The translations under genes and the position numbers were made by a program. Below the pieces are notes generated by a model, which saw only the letters and a list, made by a program, of their open reading frames with translations, was not told where the DNA came from and made no database searches. This document shows, piece after piece, positions 1 to 9,054 of a stretch of 64,000 nucleotides of DNA; the first letter of the stretch is position 1; each line of letters starts with the position of its first letter. Origin of the DNA: Nitrospirota bacterium (GTDB lineage: Bacteria; Nitrospirota; Thermodesulfovibrionia; Thermodesulfovibrionales; Dissulfurispiraceae); the NCBI GenBank assembly GCA_963790025.1, contig CAWBMP010000002.1:512001-576000 (forward strand), in the 5' to 3' direction.

Positions 1-381
1 AAAAAGGATAGTAGTCATGGCAAATAATGGCCGTACCAAGACCTGTATCAAGAATATCCAGTGAATGGCCGATGAGAGAAGATACCAGTATTGAACTCAC
101 CTTATAATTGCTGATGATTTCATCCAGGACCCTGCGGTAACCCGCATGTGTAACGGCAATAGCATGGATAGAGGGCATAAGGTCCCACGTATGGATGGGT
201 TCGTCAGCATTTATATCCGTATACAAGGCCAATCTTTGACCGCTGAATAGCGGCACTCCGGAAGACTTTAAGACCATATTGTTGCATATGGTATCCGCAT
301 GCATATAATCCCGTACCCAACGTTCCACGCCTCCGCCCCAACTATGCAATACGTGAAGTTGCACCGGTTTTCCGTTTGATG
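1..381. repeat. Diverged direct duplication of about 1774..2154 (offset 1773 nt)
   Basis: Colinear blocks, e.g. aaaaaggatagtagtcatggcaa at 1 and 1774; cccaactatgca, gttgcac and cgtttgatg near the far end of both copies. Confidence 0.9.
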
Positions 382-385
382 CCAT
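1..385 (-). CDS. Glycosyltransferase-like protein (GT-B N-terminal domain), 5' part; runs off the window edge; paralogue of the N-terminal domain of the adjacent Wzt fusion
   Basis: Not in the ORF track. Manual translation from ATG at 385 (GGAGG 8 nt upstream): MASNGKPVQLHVLHSWGGGVERWVRDYMHAD...AIICHDYYPF, open to position 1. Confidence 0.8.
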   Translation of the reverse strand, partial: MASNGKPVQLHVLHSWGGGVERWVRDYMHADTICNNMVLKSSGVPLFSGQRLALYTDINADEPIHTWDLMPSIHAIAVTHAGYRRVLDEIISNYKVSSILVSSLIGHSLDILDTGLGTAIICHDYYPF

Positions 386-406
386 TCCAGCAGCCTCCAT
401 TACACT

Positions 407-2191
407 TTATAGTGAACCAACATACTCGGCAACAATAGAATCAGGCGCCCCTATTTTTTTTAAAACGTGGTCCTCTATCAACGCGGCCCTATCGCATATC
501 CTTTTCACTTCTTCCATGGAATGCGTGACAAAAACAATCGTGACCCCCTGCCGCTTGAAATACGCCATCCTTTCATGACATTTTTTCTGAAATCTGATAT
601 CGCCTACAGCGAGGATTTCATCTATCAGCAATATCTCCGGGTCCAACGATGCCACAATTGAAAAACCAAGTCTGGCGAGCATGCCGCTGGAGTACATTCG
701 AATGGGCTGTCGAATAAACTCTCCGAGTTCGGAAAAGTCGATTATCTCTTCCAGCTTGTCCGCCACTTCTCTCCTCGTCAGACCTAGAAGCACACCATTC
801 ATCATGATGTTCTCCTTTCCGGTCAGTTCGGGATGAAAACCCGCACCCAGTTCGAGCAGGGGCGACACCCTTCCATTCACCGTTACCCTGCCCCCTGAAG
901 GCCTCAGCACCCCTGCCATAAGTCCCAGCAGTGTACTCTTTCCTGCACCATTCCTTCCAATAAGACCAAACGTTTCCCCTCTGAATATCTCAAAGGTAAT
1001 CCCTCTGAGCGCCTCGTATCTCGAATTCTTCATTTCGTCCACGGCATGAGGCAGGTCGAATAAAAACTTCTTGAATCCACCTGTAATATGATGATAGAGC
1101 GGATAGCTCTTGCTTACGCGGTCAAAAATCACCGCTTTCTCCCTACGCAATGGTGCTTCCGTGCAAGCACTGGAAGAGAGGGAAGCGGGGCTGTCGGTGA
1201 TAATGTCACGTTCAGGCAGATCAGTCGAAAGTTTGCTGTCTTTAGCAGCAACTAGAGCGACTTTTGAATGCTGCAGTTCAGCATGAGTCTCATGCAATTC
1301 AACCCGCGCCTCATGCAACATGGCATTCACTTTGGCAAATTCCAAATCGATCTTATACGGGTGGTAACGCAATCGCTCGGATTCTGACTGATTCATCATT
1401 AGTAACATTCTGTCCCTGGATGGACCGGAATCTTCACTGGCAATAGCAGGTTTCACTATATCGTGATACTCGTTCACCATATCTCTCAGCCTTTTGTCCG
1501 GCCACTCCGTTTCGTGAGGAATTATCCTGAAATCAAAGTCCCTGAAAACACCCTCGAGTCTGATCAAATTGCGCCGCACAGAGTCGGAAGGAGCTGTCAG
1601 CGTTATATTATAGTGTCTGATGAGATCCAGGAAACTCCTCCGCAGCACCACCCATTCATGTACCGACGCAAGTGGGAAAGAACGATTTTGCTTGTTGCCG
1701 GAGAAGCAGCGCTCCAAATCACCAATTCCGCACTCACTGCAAATTCTGTCAAAATAAATATCGATAGCAGGGCAAAAAGGATAGTAGTCATGGCAAGCAA
1801 TGGCCGTACGAAGACCCGTATTGAGGATGTCCAGTGAATGGCCGATAAAAGATGATATCAACATAGAACTCACCTTATAATTGCCGATGATTTCATCCAG
1901 GACGCTGCGGTAACCCTCGTGAGTAATGGAAGTGGCATGGATAGGGGGCATAAGATCCCATGTACGCAAGGGCTCATCAGCATTCAAGCCGGAATACAAG
2001 GCCAATCTTTGACCGGTGAGTCCAGGTATTCCCAAAGACTTTAAAACCATATTGTTCCACACGGCATCAGCGTGTATATAATCCATCAGCCACAGTTCCA
2101 CGCCTCCTCCCCAACTATGCATTATGTGGAGTTGCACAGGTTTTTCGTTTGATGTCAATACAGTGGTATTCACTCCGGCGCTCGTGCTCAT
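407..2191 (-). CDS. wzt: Polysaccharide ABC exporter ATP-binding subunit (Wzt) with an N-terminal GT-B-like half domain and coiled-coil linker
   Basis: Walker A GRNGAGKST, LLELGAGFHPELTGKENI, signature YSSGM, Walker B ILLIDE, H-loop VTH; about 350 extra N-terminal aa; ATGA overlap with wzm. Confidence 0.9.
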   Translation of the reverse strand: MSTSAGVNTTVLTSNEKPVQLHIMHSWGGGVELWLMDYIHADAVWNNMVLKSLGIPGLTGQRLALYSGLNADEPLRTWDLMPPIHATSITHEGYRSVLDEIIGNYKVSSMLISSFIGHSLDILNTGLRTAIACHDYYPFCPAIDIYFDRICSECGIGDLERCFSGNKQNRSFPLASVHEWVVLRRSFLDLIRHYNITLTAPSDSVRRNLIRLEGVFRDFDFRIIPHETEWPDKRLRDMVNEYHDIVKPAIASEDSGPSRDRMLLMMNQSESERLRYHPYKIDLEFAKVNAMLHEARVELHETHAELQHSKVALVAAKDSKLSTDLPERDIITDSPASLSSSACTEAPLRREKAVIFDRVSKSYPLYHHITGGFKKFLFDLPHAVDEMKNSRYEALRGITFEIFRGETFGLIGRNGAGKSTLLGLMAGVLRPSGGRVTVNGRVSPLLELGAGFHPELTGKENIMMNGVLLGLTRREVADKLEEIIDFSELGEFIRQPIRMYSSGMLARLGFSIVASLDPEILLIDEILAVGDIRFQKKCHERMAYFKRQGVTIVFVTHSMEEVKRICDRAALIEDHVLKKIGAPDSIVAEYVGSL

Positions 2192-2952
2192 AAGACCTCT
2201 GCAAATTTACAGGAGAGTTTATTATATAGCATAAGGCCCAAGCCTATAAAAAAAGTCCCGTAGACAAGACTGACGAGCAAACTCCTTATATCAAAATCCC
2301 CCGAGAGAAAAAGATTCCTCCAGCTTACCATCAGGGGGGCGAGCGGATTAAGATTGACCAGATACCTGAATCTTTCAGGTATCATAGCTTCGGAATAAAT
2401 AACAGGGGTAAAATAAAAGAGCAGTGTCGTACATATTGTAATAATCCGTTCGAGATCTCTGAAGAATAAATTAACCGATGAGATAATCAGGGCCAATCCG
2501 TATGTCAAGAGAAATTGGGCGACCAGCAACAATGGTATACCGTATATCCAGGCAGCACTGATAGAATGTCCATAAATGAACATGAACAGCACGATAACCG
2601 GTATCGCAAGGATAAAGTGGATCATGTCCAGAAGCACCGCTGAAAGCGGCAGCACCTGACGTGAAAAGTTAACTTTTTTGATTATCGATGCATTGGACAA
2701 AAAAACTAAAGGCGCACTATTAATTGAGTTGGCAAACCATTGCCACGGGAATAAACCTGTTATCAGGAATAAGGCATAGTCTTTCATCTGGATCTTCATA
2801 ACAACTTTGAAGGCTATAAAAAAGACAAAAGCAAAAGCAAGCGGATGTCCTACGGACCAGAGATATCCCAAAAAACTGCTTTTATACTTGACTTTCATGT
2901 CCTTCTGTATGATCACAAGTATTAAATCTATATAATGAGCGGCTGTTTTCAT
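2188..2952 (-). CDS. wzm: Polysaccharide ABC exporter permease (ABC-2 type)
   Basis: KYKSSFLGYLWS, NLFFRDLE, FYFTPVIY and LNPL motifs; about 6 TM segments; adjacent to wzt. Confidence 0.93.
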   Translation of the reverse strand: MKTAAHYIDLILVIIQKDMKVKYKSSFLGYLWSVGHPLAFAFVFFIAFKVVMKIQMKDYALFLITGLFPWQWFANSINSAPLVFLSNASIIKKVNFSRQVLPLSAVLLDMIHFILAIPVIVLFMFIYGHSISAAWIYGIPLLLVAQFLLTYGLALIISSVNLFFRDLERIITICTTLLFYFTPVIYSEAMIPERFRYLVNLNPLAPLMVSWRNLFLSGDFDIRSLLVSLVYGTFFIGLGLMLYNKLSCKFAEVL

Positions 2953-2969
2953 ACTGATTCGGACTCCAA

Positions 2970-3842
2970 TTAAGTGGTTTGCTCACACTGCATTGCATTT
3001 GCCAGGACCCGATTTATCATGGCAAAACATTCGGACAGTTCCTGCAGCCCTGAATTCCTGGATTCGATAGTGATATTGATTTTGTTCCCGCCGATCAACC
3101 GGGCGTAATCCCTGATGATCATATGCTGAATGCTGTCTGAATGAAGGATAAGATGATCGTCTAAACCGGCGTTGTTTTCCGAAAGGTGAATTTCCAGAAT
3201 CCTGTCAGCATACCGTTCAAACAGCAACGCTGTCGCATCGAGATAATTGAAGCCCAGGAGTCTCGAGGAAATCTTAAGATGGCCGAGGTCCAGTAAGAGA
3301 TACATATCAGTAAAGGCATCCATCATTGAAACAATCTCGTCGATATGCACCATAAAGCAGCATTCTCTGTTATACAGATTTTCAAGCGCTATCTTTTTGT
3401 CCGGGAACTCACTTGCGAACCACGCGAGGTTCTCCTCTATATCCTCAAGCGCAAAGAGCCTGGTATCTCCGGATTTAAACAGCACTTCATTATTCAACAT
3501 AAATTTTCTTTTGAAACCTGCGTGTATCGAGTAGTAATCAATGTCCAGTGCGCCGATAAAACGCATGGTTTCCTTTATAAAAGACCTTGTCTTTCTCCCC
3601 GTATCGGCAAAGTTTAAAACAAAATGTTCTTGCGGGGGAGGAAAATAACTGTGGAGCAGAAAATTTATCCCTTTTTGCCGCCTGATTTCCATGAGCCGCT
3701 CAAGCAGGCCTTCATCATGCAGACAACCGCCTGAAAGTTCAATATTTTCAGTAATGCCCGACAATTGCCTGCTGGCTTCGATACAGTCATCAGTCCTTAC
3801 AGATGATGTAGAAATATAGAGTAATGGGGAATCAGTGTTCAA
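2970..3842 (-). CDS. TIM-barrel sugar-phosphate isomerase/epimerase family protein (AP endonuclease 2-like)
   Basis: Metal-ligand pattern SIHAG, ALENL, LLLDLGH, EIHLSEN, DDH. Confidence 0.7.
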   Translation of the reverse strand: MNTDSPLLYISTSSVRTDDCIEASRQLSGITENIELSGGCLHDEGLLERLMEIRRQKGINFLLHSYFPPPQEHFVLNFADTGRKTRSFIKETMRFIGALDIDYYSIHAGFKRKFMLNNEVLFKSGDTRLFALEDIEENLAWFASEFPDKKIALENLYNRECCFMVHIDEIVSMMDAFTDMYLLLDLGHLKISSRLLGFNYLDATALLFERYADRILEIHLSENNAGLDDHLILHSDSIQHMIIRDYARLIGGNKINITIESRNSGLQELSECFAMINRVLANAMQCEQTT

Positions 3843-5292
3843 GCAGCTTTCTTCTTAATCTGGTTTTTGTCAATTCGATGATATGTCCTTTAACGCCGGC
3901 TCCGAACTTCTTTTCAAGCATGTTCAGGTAGTCTGCATTTTCGTAATAGCTGTGAAAGGCCTTGTCCCTGAACCTGAGAACTTCCTCAGCGCTGATATAT
4001 TTTGTCGGTAAGGGGAGCATTTCATAGGAGTGCTGTGAAAAACCGTGCCATTCCTTCGGAAGTTCCCATCCCTCTTTAATGGCAATATCATACAGCTGCG
4101 ACCCTGGATACGCCATGGCGCAATAAAAATTCGCGAATTCACAGTTCAGGTCCATTGCCATGTCAAGGGTCTCCTGCATGGTCTCCACTGTGTCATCCGG
4201 CAAACCGAATATATAATTCCCTATTACTCTTATGCCGGCGTCCTGAATTGTCCCTACAACATTTTTCACATCTTTTGTCTTCATTCTTTTTTCAGCGCCG
4301 TCTCTCACATCCGGGTTTGCCGATTCGATCCCCAGGGCAAGCCAGTTGATCCCTGCCTTTTTCATCTTTTTCAGATTACCAGGCTTCACTGTGTCAACCC
4401 TCGCATAAGCCCAAAGGTTCAAATCATAGCCCTTTTTTATCAGCAGGTCAACGATAGTCATATAATGCTTGTCACTCAGTACGAACAATTCATCGATTAT
4501 TTTAATATTCTTTACTCCGTAATCATTTACTAATACACCGATCTCTTTCACAACAAGCTCGGGGCTGCGGTAACGTATACCGGACTTTCCAAAAGGAGCA
4601 TTGATACAACAAAAGACACATGAATATGGACATCCCAGGCTGGTATATATAGCGCCATAGGGCATCCTGTTTTCGATAGAGTCAAAGCAGTGCCAGTTAT
4701 GCGCCCTGTATAACTGCATAGGAAGCAAATCCCATGCGGCAACTGGTAATACTTCATCAAGGTCTTTAATAAGTGCTGCTCTCGGATTGTTTTTAACGGC
4801 GCCGTCTTCGTAATACCAGAGGCCGGGGACCGCTGAATAATCGGGACTGCCTGCCCTCAACACCTGCAACAGGCCCGTCAAAGTATATGGTCCCTCACCT
4901 TCTATTACAAAATCAGCACTTTCCTCTTGCAGCGTCCGTCCCGGAAGCGCCGACGGGTGCAAGCCTCCCAGTGCAATTTTTGACGAGGTGGCTTCCTTCA
5001 AAGCTTTGCATATCTTACCTGCAATCGTCATATTTTGCGTCGATGCCGAAGGCTGGGACCCATACACTATCACCGCCGTCAGCAAAGGCTGAAGAAGGTT
5101 GACTTTTGCTGCGGTTTCGTATGGAGAAATGTTCTCGGCATTTACATCGATGATCCCCACGCTAAAACCGTTATTCCTTAGATAAGCAGCGATAACAGCT
5201 ATCCAGAAAGGAGGTTCGATAGCAGTATAGTCTTTGCCCAGGTCCTGAAAAACCTGCCTTCTGTCACCCGGATTGATCAATACAATATCCAT
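3832..5292 (-). CDS. Cobalamin-binding radical SAM enzyme (class B methyltransferase-like)
   Basis: N-terminal B12-binding domain (GGLHPS, EGEG); CxxxCxxC motif CPYSCVFC; GIES and IFGLP motifs. Confidence 0.88.
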   Translation of the reverse strand: MDIVLINPGDRRQVFQDLGKDYTAIEPPFWIAVIAAYLRNNGFSVGIIDVNAENISPYETAAKVNLLQPLLTAVIVYGSQPSASTQNMTIAGKICKALKEATSSKIALGGLHPSALPGRTLQEESADFVIEGEGPYTLTGLLQVLRAGSPDYSAVPGLWYYEDGAVKNNPRAALIKDLDEVLPVAAWDLLPMQLYRAHNWHCFDSIENRMPYGAIYTSLGCPYSCVFCCINAPFGKSGIRYRSPELVVKEIGVLVNDYGVKNIKIIDELFVLSDKHYMTIVDLLIKKGYDLNLWAYARVDTVKPGNLKKMKKAGINWLALGIESANPDVRDGAEKRMKTKDVKNVVGTIQDAGIRVIGNYIFGLPDDTVETMQETLDMAMDLNCEFANFYCAMAYPGSQLYDIAIKEGWELPKEWHGFSQHSYEMLPLPTKYISAEEVLRFRDKAFHSYYENADYLNMLEKKFGAGVKGHIIELTKTRLRRKLLEH

Positions 5293-5300
5293 CTCTACTC

Positions 5301-6263
5301 TTATGCAATATTTGCCATACTTTTGATATTTTTTATAATGCTATCTTCATCCATTCCTTTTGATCGATGAAGAGAAGCCCTGCTTCCGATATCAAAGACA
5401 TAGGCATCGTCAAATCCCATCCTCCTCAATCTGATACCCGATTCCCTGCCGGATAAAATGCCTGAGACCATGCTGTCAAGCCCGCCCTTATTTATGAAGG
5501 CCTCTTCGAGAGTCACAACATGCTTATACCTGCTTAATGTCTCGAATAACAGGTCCTCATTAACCGGTTTAATCAGGAAGACATCTACAAGTCCGACGGT
5601 AATGCCGTCCCCTGCCAGCTTCTCGATTGCCTTTAATGCCGTATGCGTCATATATCCCGTTGAAACCAGACAAGCCTCTCCCCCTTTTGCGAGTTCGCAA
5701 AATCCGTCCGTTATATGTACGTCTTGCCTGTTCCCGTAAATATCCGGTAATGGCTTGCCGTCAAATCGTAAGTATTTGGGTCTTTTATTTTCGATTGAAT
5801 AGTCTACAAACTTCTCTGCCAGCACGCAATCGCTTGGGGAGAAGATGCTCATGTTGGGCAGCGTTCTCAGTATGCTTATGTCCTCAACGCTGTGATGTGT
5901 CGGACCGGACACATCATAGCTCAGTCCGGCGCCGACACCGACCAGATTGACATTTACCTCATGGGTATGGGAAAGCAGGCACAGATTATTCCTTATCTGC
6001 TCAAACGCCCTCATGACCAGAAACGGCGCTATGGCGTATGCATAAACAGTATAGCCTTCCAGTGCCAGGCCTGTTGAAACATTTACAAGGTTCTGTTCCG
6101 CTATGCCGACATTTATAAATCTGTCACTGAAGTCTTCCCTGAGCTTGTCCAGTTTGGGTGACCCGAAGTCAGCAGCCAAAAAAAATAAAGAACCGTCATA
6201 GGACATACGATTGTAAATCCGCTCTATGAATACATCTCTCATGGTCCTCTTCTCGATGCTCAT
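5301..6263 (-). CDS. Transketolase-like C-terminal (pyrimidine-binding) subunit
   Basis: NVGIAEQNL, RAFEQIR, GPTHHS.ED, LPNM, TLEE motifs. Confidence 0.9.
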   Translation of the reverse strand: MSIEKRTMRDVFIERIYNRMSYDGSLFFLAADFGSPKLDKLREDFSDRFINVGIAEQNLVNVSTGLALEGYTVYAYAIAPFLVMRAFEQIRNNLCLLSHTHEVNVNLVGVGAGLSYDVSGPTHHSVEDISILRTLPNMSIFSPSDCVLAEKFVDYSIENKRPKYLRFDGKPLPDIYGNRQDVHITDGFCELAKGGEACLVSTGYMTHTALKAIEKLAGDGITVGLVDVFLIKPVNEDLLFETLSRYKHVVTLEEAFINKGGLDSMVSGILSGRESGIRLRRMGFDDAYVFDIGSRASLHRSKGMDEDSIIKNIKSMANIA

Positions 6264-7087
6264 TTCAACCTCTCTATTGCTTTATCGATTTCTTCAGGCC
6301 GTATGTTTTTTATGTGGCTCAGAGAATCTGTCTCAAGATGCGGCACACCCTTCCCTTTTATCGTGTTTGCGAGAAGCAGCTTCGGCTTGCCGCCCCTATC
6401 AGCCTTCAATCTTTTTAGAGAGGCATACACCCGGCCGACGTCATGTCCGTCTACTGTCTTGACTGCCCACTTAAAGTTCTTGAATTTATTCTCGAGCGGT
6501 TCCAGTTCCAGTATGTTATTGCAGTAATCAAGCATGCAGGCTTTATTGTTGTCAACGACCAATACCAGATTGTCCAGCCTGTGCTCCCCTGCAAACATTA
6601 TCGCCTCCCACACCGAACCCTCATATAATTCGCCATCACCCAGAAGCACGAAAACACTTTCCCCCTTCCCCTTCTTTTTTAAGGCGAGGGACACTCCGCA
6701 GGCAACGCCGAGCCCGTGCCCCAAAGAGCCGTTTATTGTTTCATATCCAGGGATAAGCGCATCAGGAATGCCTCCCAAAAAAGAGCCCTCTTTACAGACC
6801 CTTTTCAGTTCCTGCATATCAAAATAGCCGAGATCAGCGAGTATCGGATAGAATGAAATCGAGCCGTGCCCTTTGCTGATTATAAATCTGTCTCTATTTT
6901 CCCACCGCGTATTCTTCGGATCAAAACTTATGATCTTCCCATAAAACAACGCAACAAATATCTCTACGGCGGAAAGAGATGAGGCAAGTCTCGTCTCCTG
7001 TGCTATTCTGTGTATATTCAGAGTTTCCTTGCGTACCCATAGTGCTTTATCTTTCATGAACTGAATGCTGACGCCAGCTTTTTTCAT
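6260..7087 (-). CDS. Transketolase-like N-terminal (TPP-binding) subunit
   Basis: DRFIISKGH, GSLGHGL, TPP motif GDGELYEGSVWEA...NN, DGHD, TIKGKG. Confidence 0.9.
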   Translation of the reverse strand: MKKAGVSIQFMKDKALWVRKETLNIHRIAQETRLASSLSAVEIFVALFYGKIISFDPKNTRWENRDRFIISKGHGSISFYPILADLGYFDMQELKRVCKEGSFLGGIPDALIPGYETINGSLGHGLGVACGVSLALKKKGKGESVFVLLGDGELYEGSVWEAIMFAGEHRLDNLVLVVDNNKACMLDYCNNILELEPLENKFKNFKWAVKTVDGHDVGRVYASLKRLKADRGGKPKLLLANTIKGKGVPHLETDSLSHIKNIRPEEIDKAIERLK

Positions 7088-8040
7088 TGTAATTCTTCCT
7101 GTTGCTGACTATTCAAATACCATTTATATGTGGCTTCAAGCCCCTGCTCCAGGGTAACCGATGGTTTCCATCCCAGACCCAGGAACCTCGAACTGTCAAA
7201 AAGCTTTCTCTTCGGACCATCAGGCTTCGACGTATCCCATAGGATGTCGCCCTTAAACCCTACAACTTCTGCTATGCGCGTGGCGAGCTCTTTTGTAGTG
7301 CAGTCGATGCCTGTGCCGATATTGTAATGACTGTTCTCAAGCCTGTCAGCGTTCATCATGGCAAAGAGAGACGCATCGGCCACATCCTCGCTGAATATGA
7401 ATTCACGACGGGGAGTCCCACTCCCCCAAAGCACCATTTTGTCCGCTTTCGCCATCTTTGCATCATGAAATTTGGTTATCATCGCGGGTATTACATGATT
7501 GTTTTCATATTCGAAATGATCATTCGGTCCATACATCGAATTCGGAAGCAACGCTACAAATCTCTTTGTCTTGAACTGGTTGTTGTAGGACTTGCAGGCG
7601 ATTATTCCCGCAATTTTTGCTATGGCGTAAGCCTCGCTCGTTTCTTCTATAGCCCCTGTCATAAGATACTCTTCTTTGATCGGTTGCCTGGACTCCTTGG
7701 GATACGTACATGACGAAGCATAATAAAAAAAATGTTTTACCCCATATTTATGGGCCGCCTCGAAGAGGTTGTCCTGTATCGCAAAATTGGTATGCAGGAA
7801 TGTGGCGGGAAAAGTTCTGTTGCCGACAATCCCCCCTGTAAGGGCCGCTGCCATAAAAACATATTCAGGCTGTTCATGCCTGAAAAAGTCGTCGACGGCC
7901 TGCTGCTGAGTCAAATCAAGTTCGCTATGCTTTTTTGTCACAACATTCACGAAGCCCCCTGCCTTCAACTTCTTCATAAGGGCCGAGCCCAAAAGTCCCG
8001 TATGCCCCGCAACGTATATCTTTGAGGATGTCAAGCTCAT
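7084..8040 (-). CDS. fcl: GDP-4-keto-sugar epimerase/reductase (GDP-L-fucose synthase family)
   Basis: GHTGLLGS, SSCTYP (Cys), YAIAK, NMYGPND, HVIPAMI (His), WGSGTPRREF, WDTSKPDG. Confidence 0.88.
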   Translation of the reverse strand: MSLTSSKIYVAGHTGLLGSALMKKLKAGGFVNVVTKKHSELDLTQQQAVDDFFRHEQPEYVFMAAALTGGIVGNRTFPATFLHTNFAIQDNLFEAAHKYGVKHFFYYASSCTYPKESRQPIKEEYLMTGAIEETSEAYAIAKIAGIIACKSYNNQFKTKRFVALLPNSMYGPNDHFEYENNHVIPAMITKFHDAKMAKADKMVLWGSGTPRREFIFSEDVADASLFAMMNADRLENSHYNIGTGIDCTTKELATRIAEVVGFKGDILWDTSKPDGPKRKLFDSSRFLGLGWKPSVTLEQGLEATYKWYLNSQQQEELQ

Positions 8041-8063
8041 CTCTTTTTTCTCTCCTTCAATCT

Positions 8064-9005
8064 TTAAACGTTACTGTATTTGCTGTTTGATACTATTTTG
8101 TAGCCTTTTATTAATTCCTTGATACCCATCTCAAGGGAAAAGGCAGGCTTGAAACCCTTCCCTTCGACCTTTTCATTGGATACAATGTAATCTCTTTTGT
8201 CCGGGTCCTCGCCGATGGGTGCCTCGAGATATACAAAGTCCGGGACCTGTTCCTTGATTTTTGCACAAAGCTCTATTTTGGAAAGGTTTGCTTCGGAAAG
8301 GCCGACATTATAGGCTTCGTTCTTCATGGCATCGAAATTGTCCATACCGTGGATGAACGCCCTTGCGACATCGCGAATGTGTATATAATTCCTTTTAAAG
8401 TGACCTTCGAAAACAACAACGAACCTGTCTTTGACCGCTCTATATGTAAAATCATTTACCAGCAGGTCTATTCTCATTCTGGGGGCCATGCCAAAGACGG
8501 TCGCCAGCCTGAAGCTTATTGAGTTTCCCCTGTCAAGGACAATCTTTTCAGCCTCCACTTTGGCCTTCCCATACAGGGAGATCGGATTCAGCGGTGTTTG
8601 TTCAGTGCAGAAGATGCCTTTTTGGCCGATGCCGTAACCGCTGTTCGTGGTCGGTATTATTATCCTCTGCTCTTTCGAAGCGAGCCCTGCCAAAGAGGCG
8701 ATCGCATCCCTGTTAGTGGTAATGGTCCCAATTTTATCTCTTCCGCAAAGCGGAGCGCCAACCAGTGCCGCCAAAGGAATAATATAATCTGCCTTTTTAA
8801 GGAGCCCCTTGAGGATGTCCTCATCCCTGGCATCGCCCCTTACCACATCGAAATTCTCGTTGGCACAACAATCAAGAAGAGAATTCTGAGCAAACATGAA
8901 GGTATCCAGGACGGTCACCTTGTGCCCCAATCTCAACAACTCAGGGACGAGTATCGATCCCAGATAACCAGCGCCGCCCGTAACCAAAACAGTGTTCTTC
9001 ATCAA
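8064..9005 (-). CDS. GDP-heptose C4-dehydrogenase-like SDR (Campylobacter Cj1427 type)
   Basis: TGGAGYLGS, IIPLAALVGAPLC, TNSGYGIG, FRLATVFG.APRMRIDLLVNDFTYRA, IGEDPDKRDY match Cj1427 as I recall it; next to hddA/hddC/fcl. Confidence 0.8.
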   Translation of the reverse strand: MMKNTVLVTGGAGYLGSILVPELLRLGHKVTVLDTFMFAQNSLLDCCANENFDVVRGDARDEDILKGLLKKADYIIPLAALVGAPLCGRDKIGTITTNRDAIASLAGLASKEQRIIIPTTNSGYGIGQKGIFCTEQTPLNPISLYGKAKVEAEKIVLDRGNSISFRLATVFGMAPRMRIDLLVNDFTYRAVKDRFVVVFEGHFKRNYIHIRDVARAFIHGMDNFDAMKNEAYNVGLSEANLSKIELCAKIKEQVPDFVYLEAPIGEDPDKRDYIVSNEKVEGKGFKPAFSLEMGIKELIKGYKIVSNSKYSNV

Positions 9006-9054
9006 TTATTCCTCCTGGCCTCTTGCCCCGGCGTTGAACTTGCCGACACAAATC

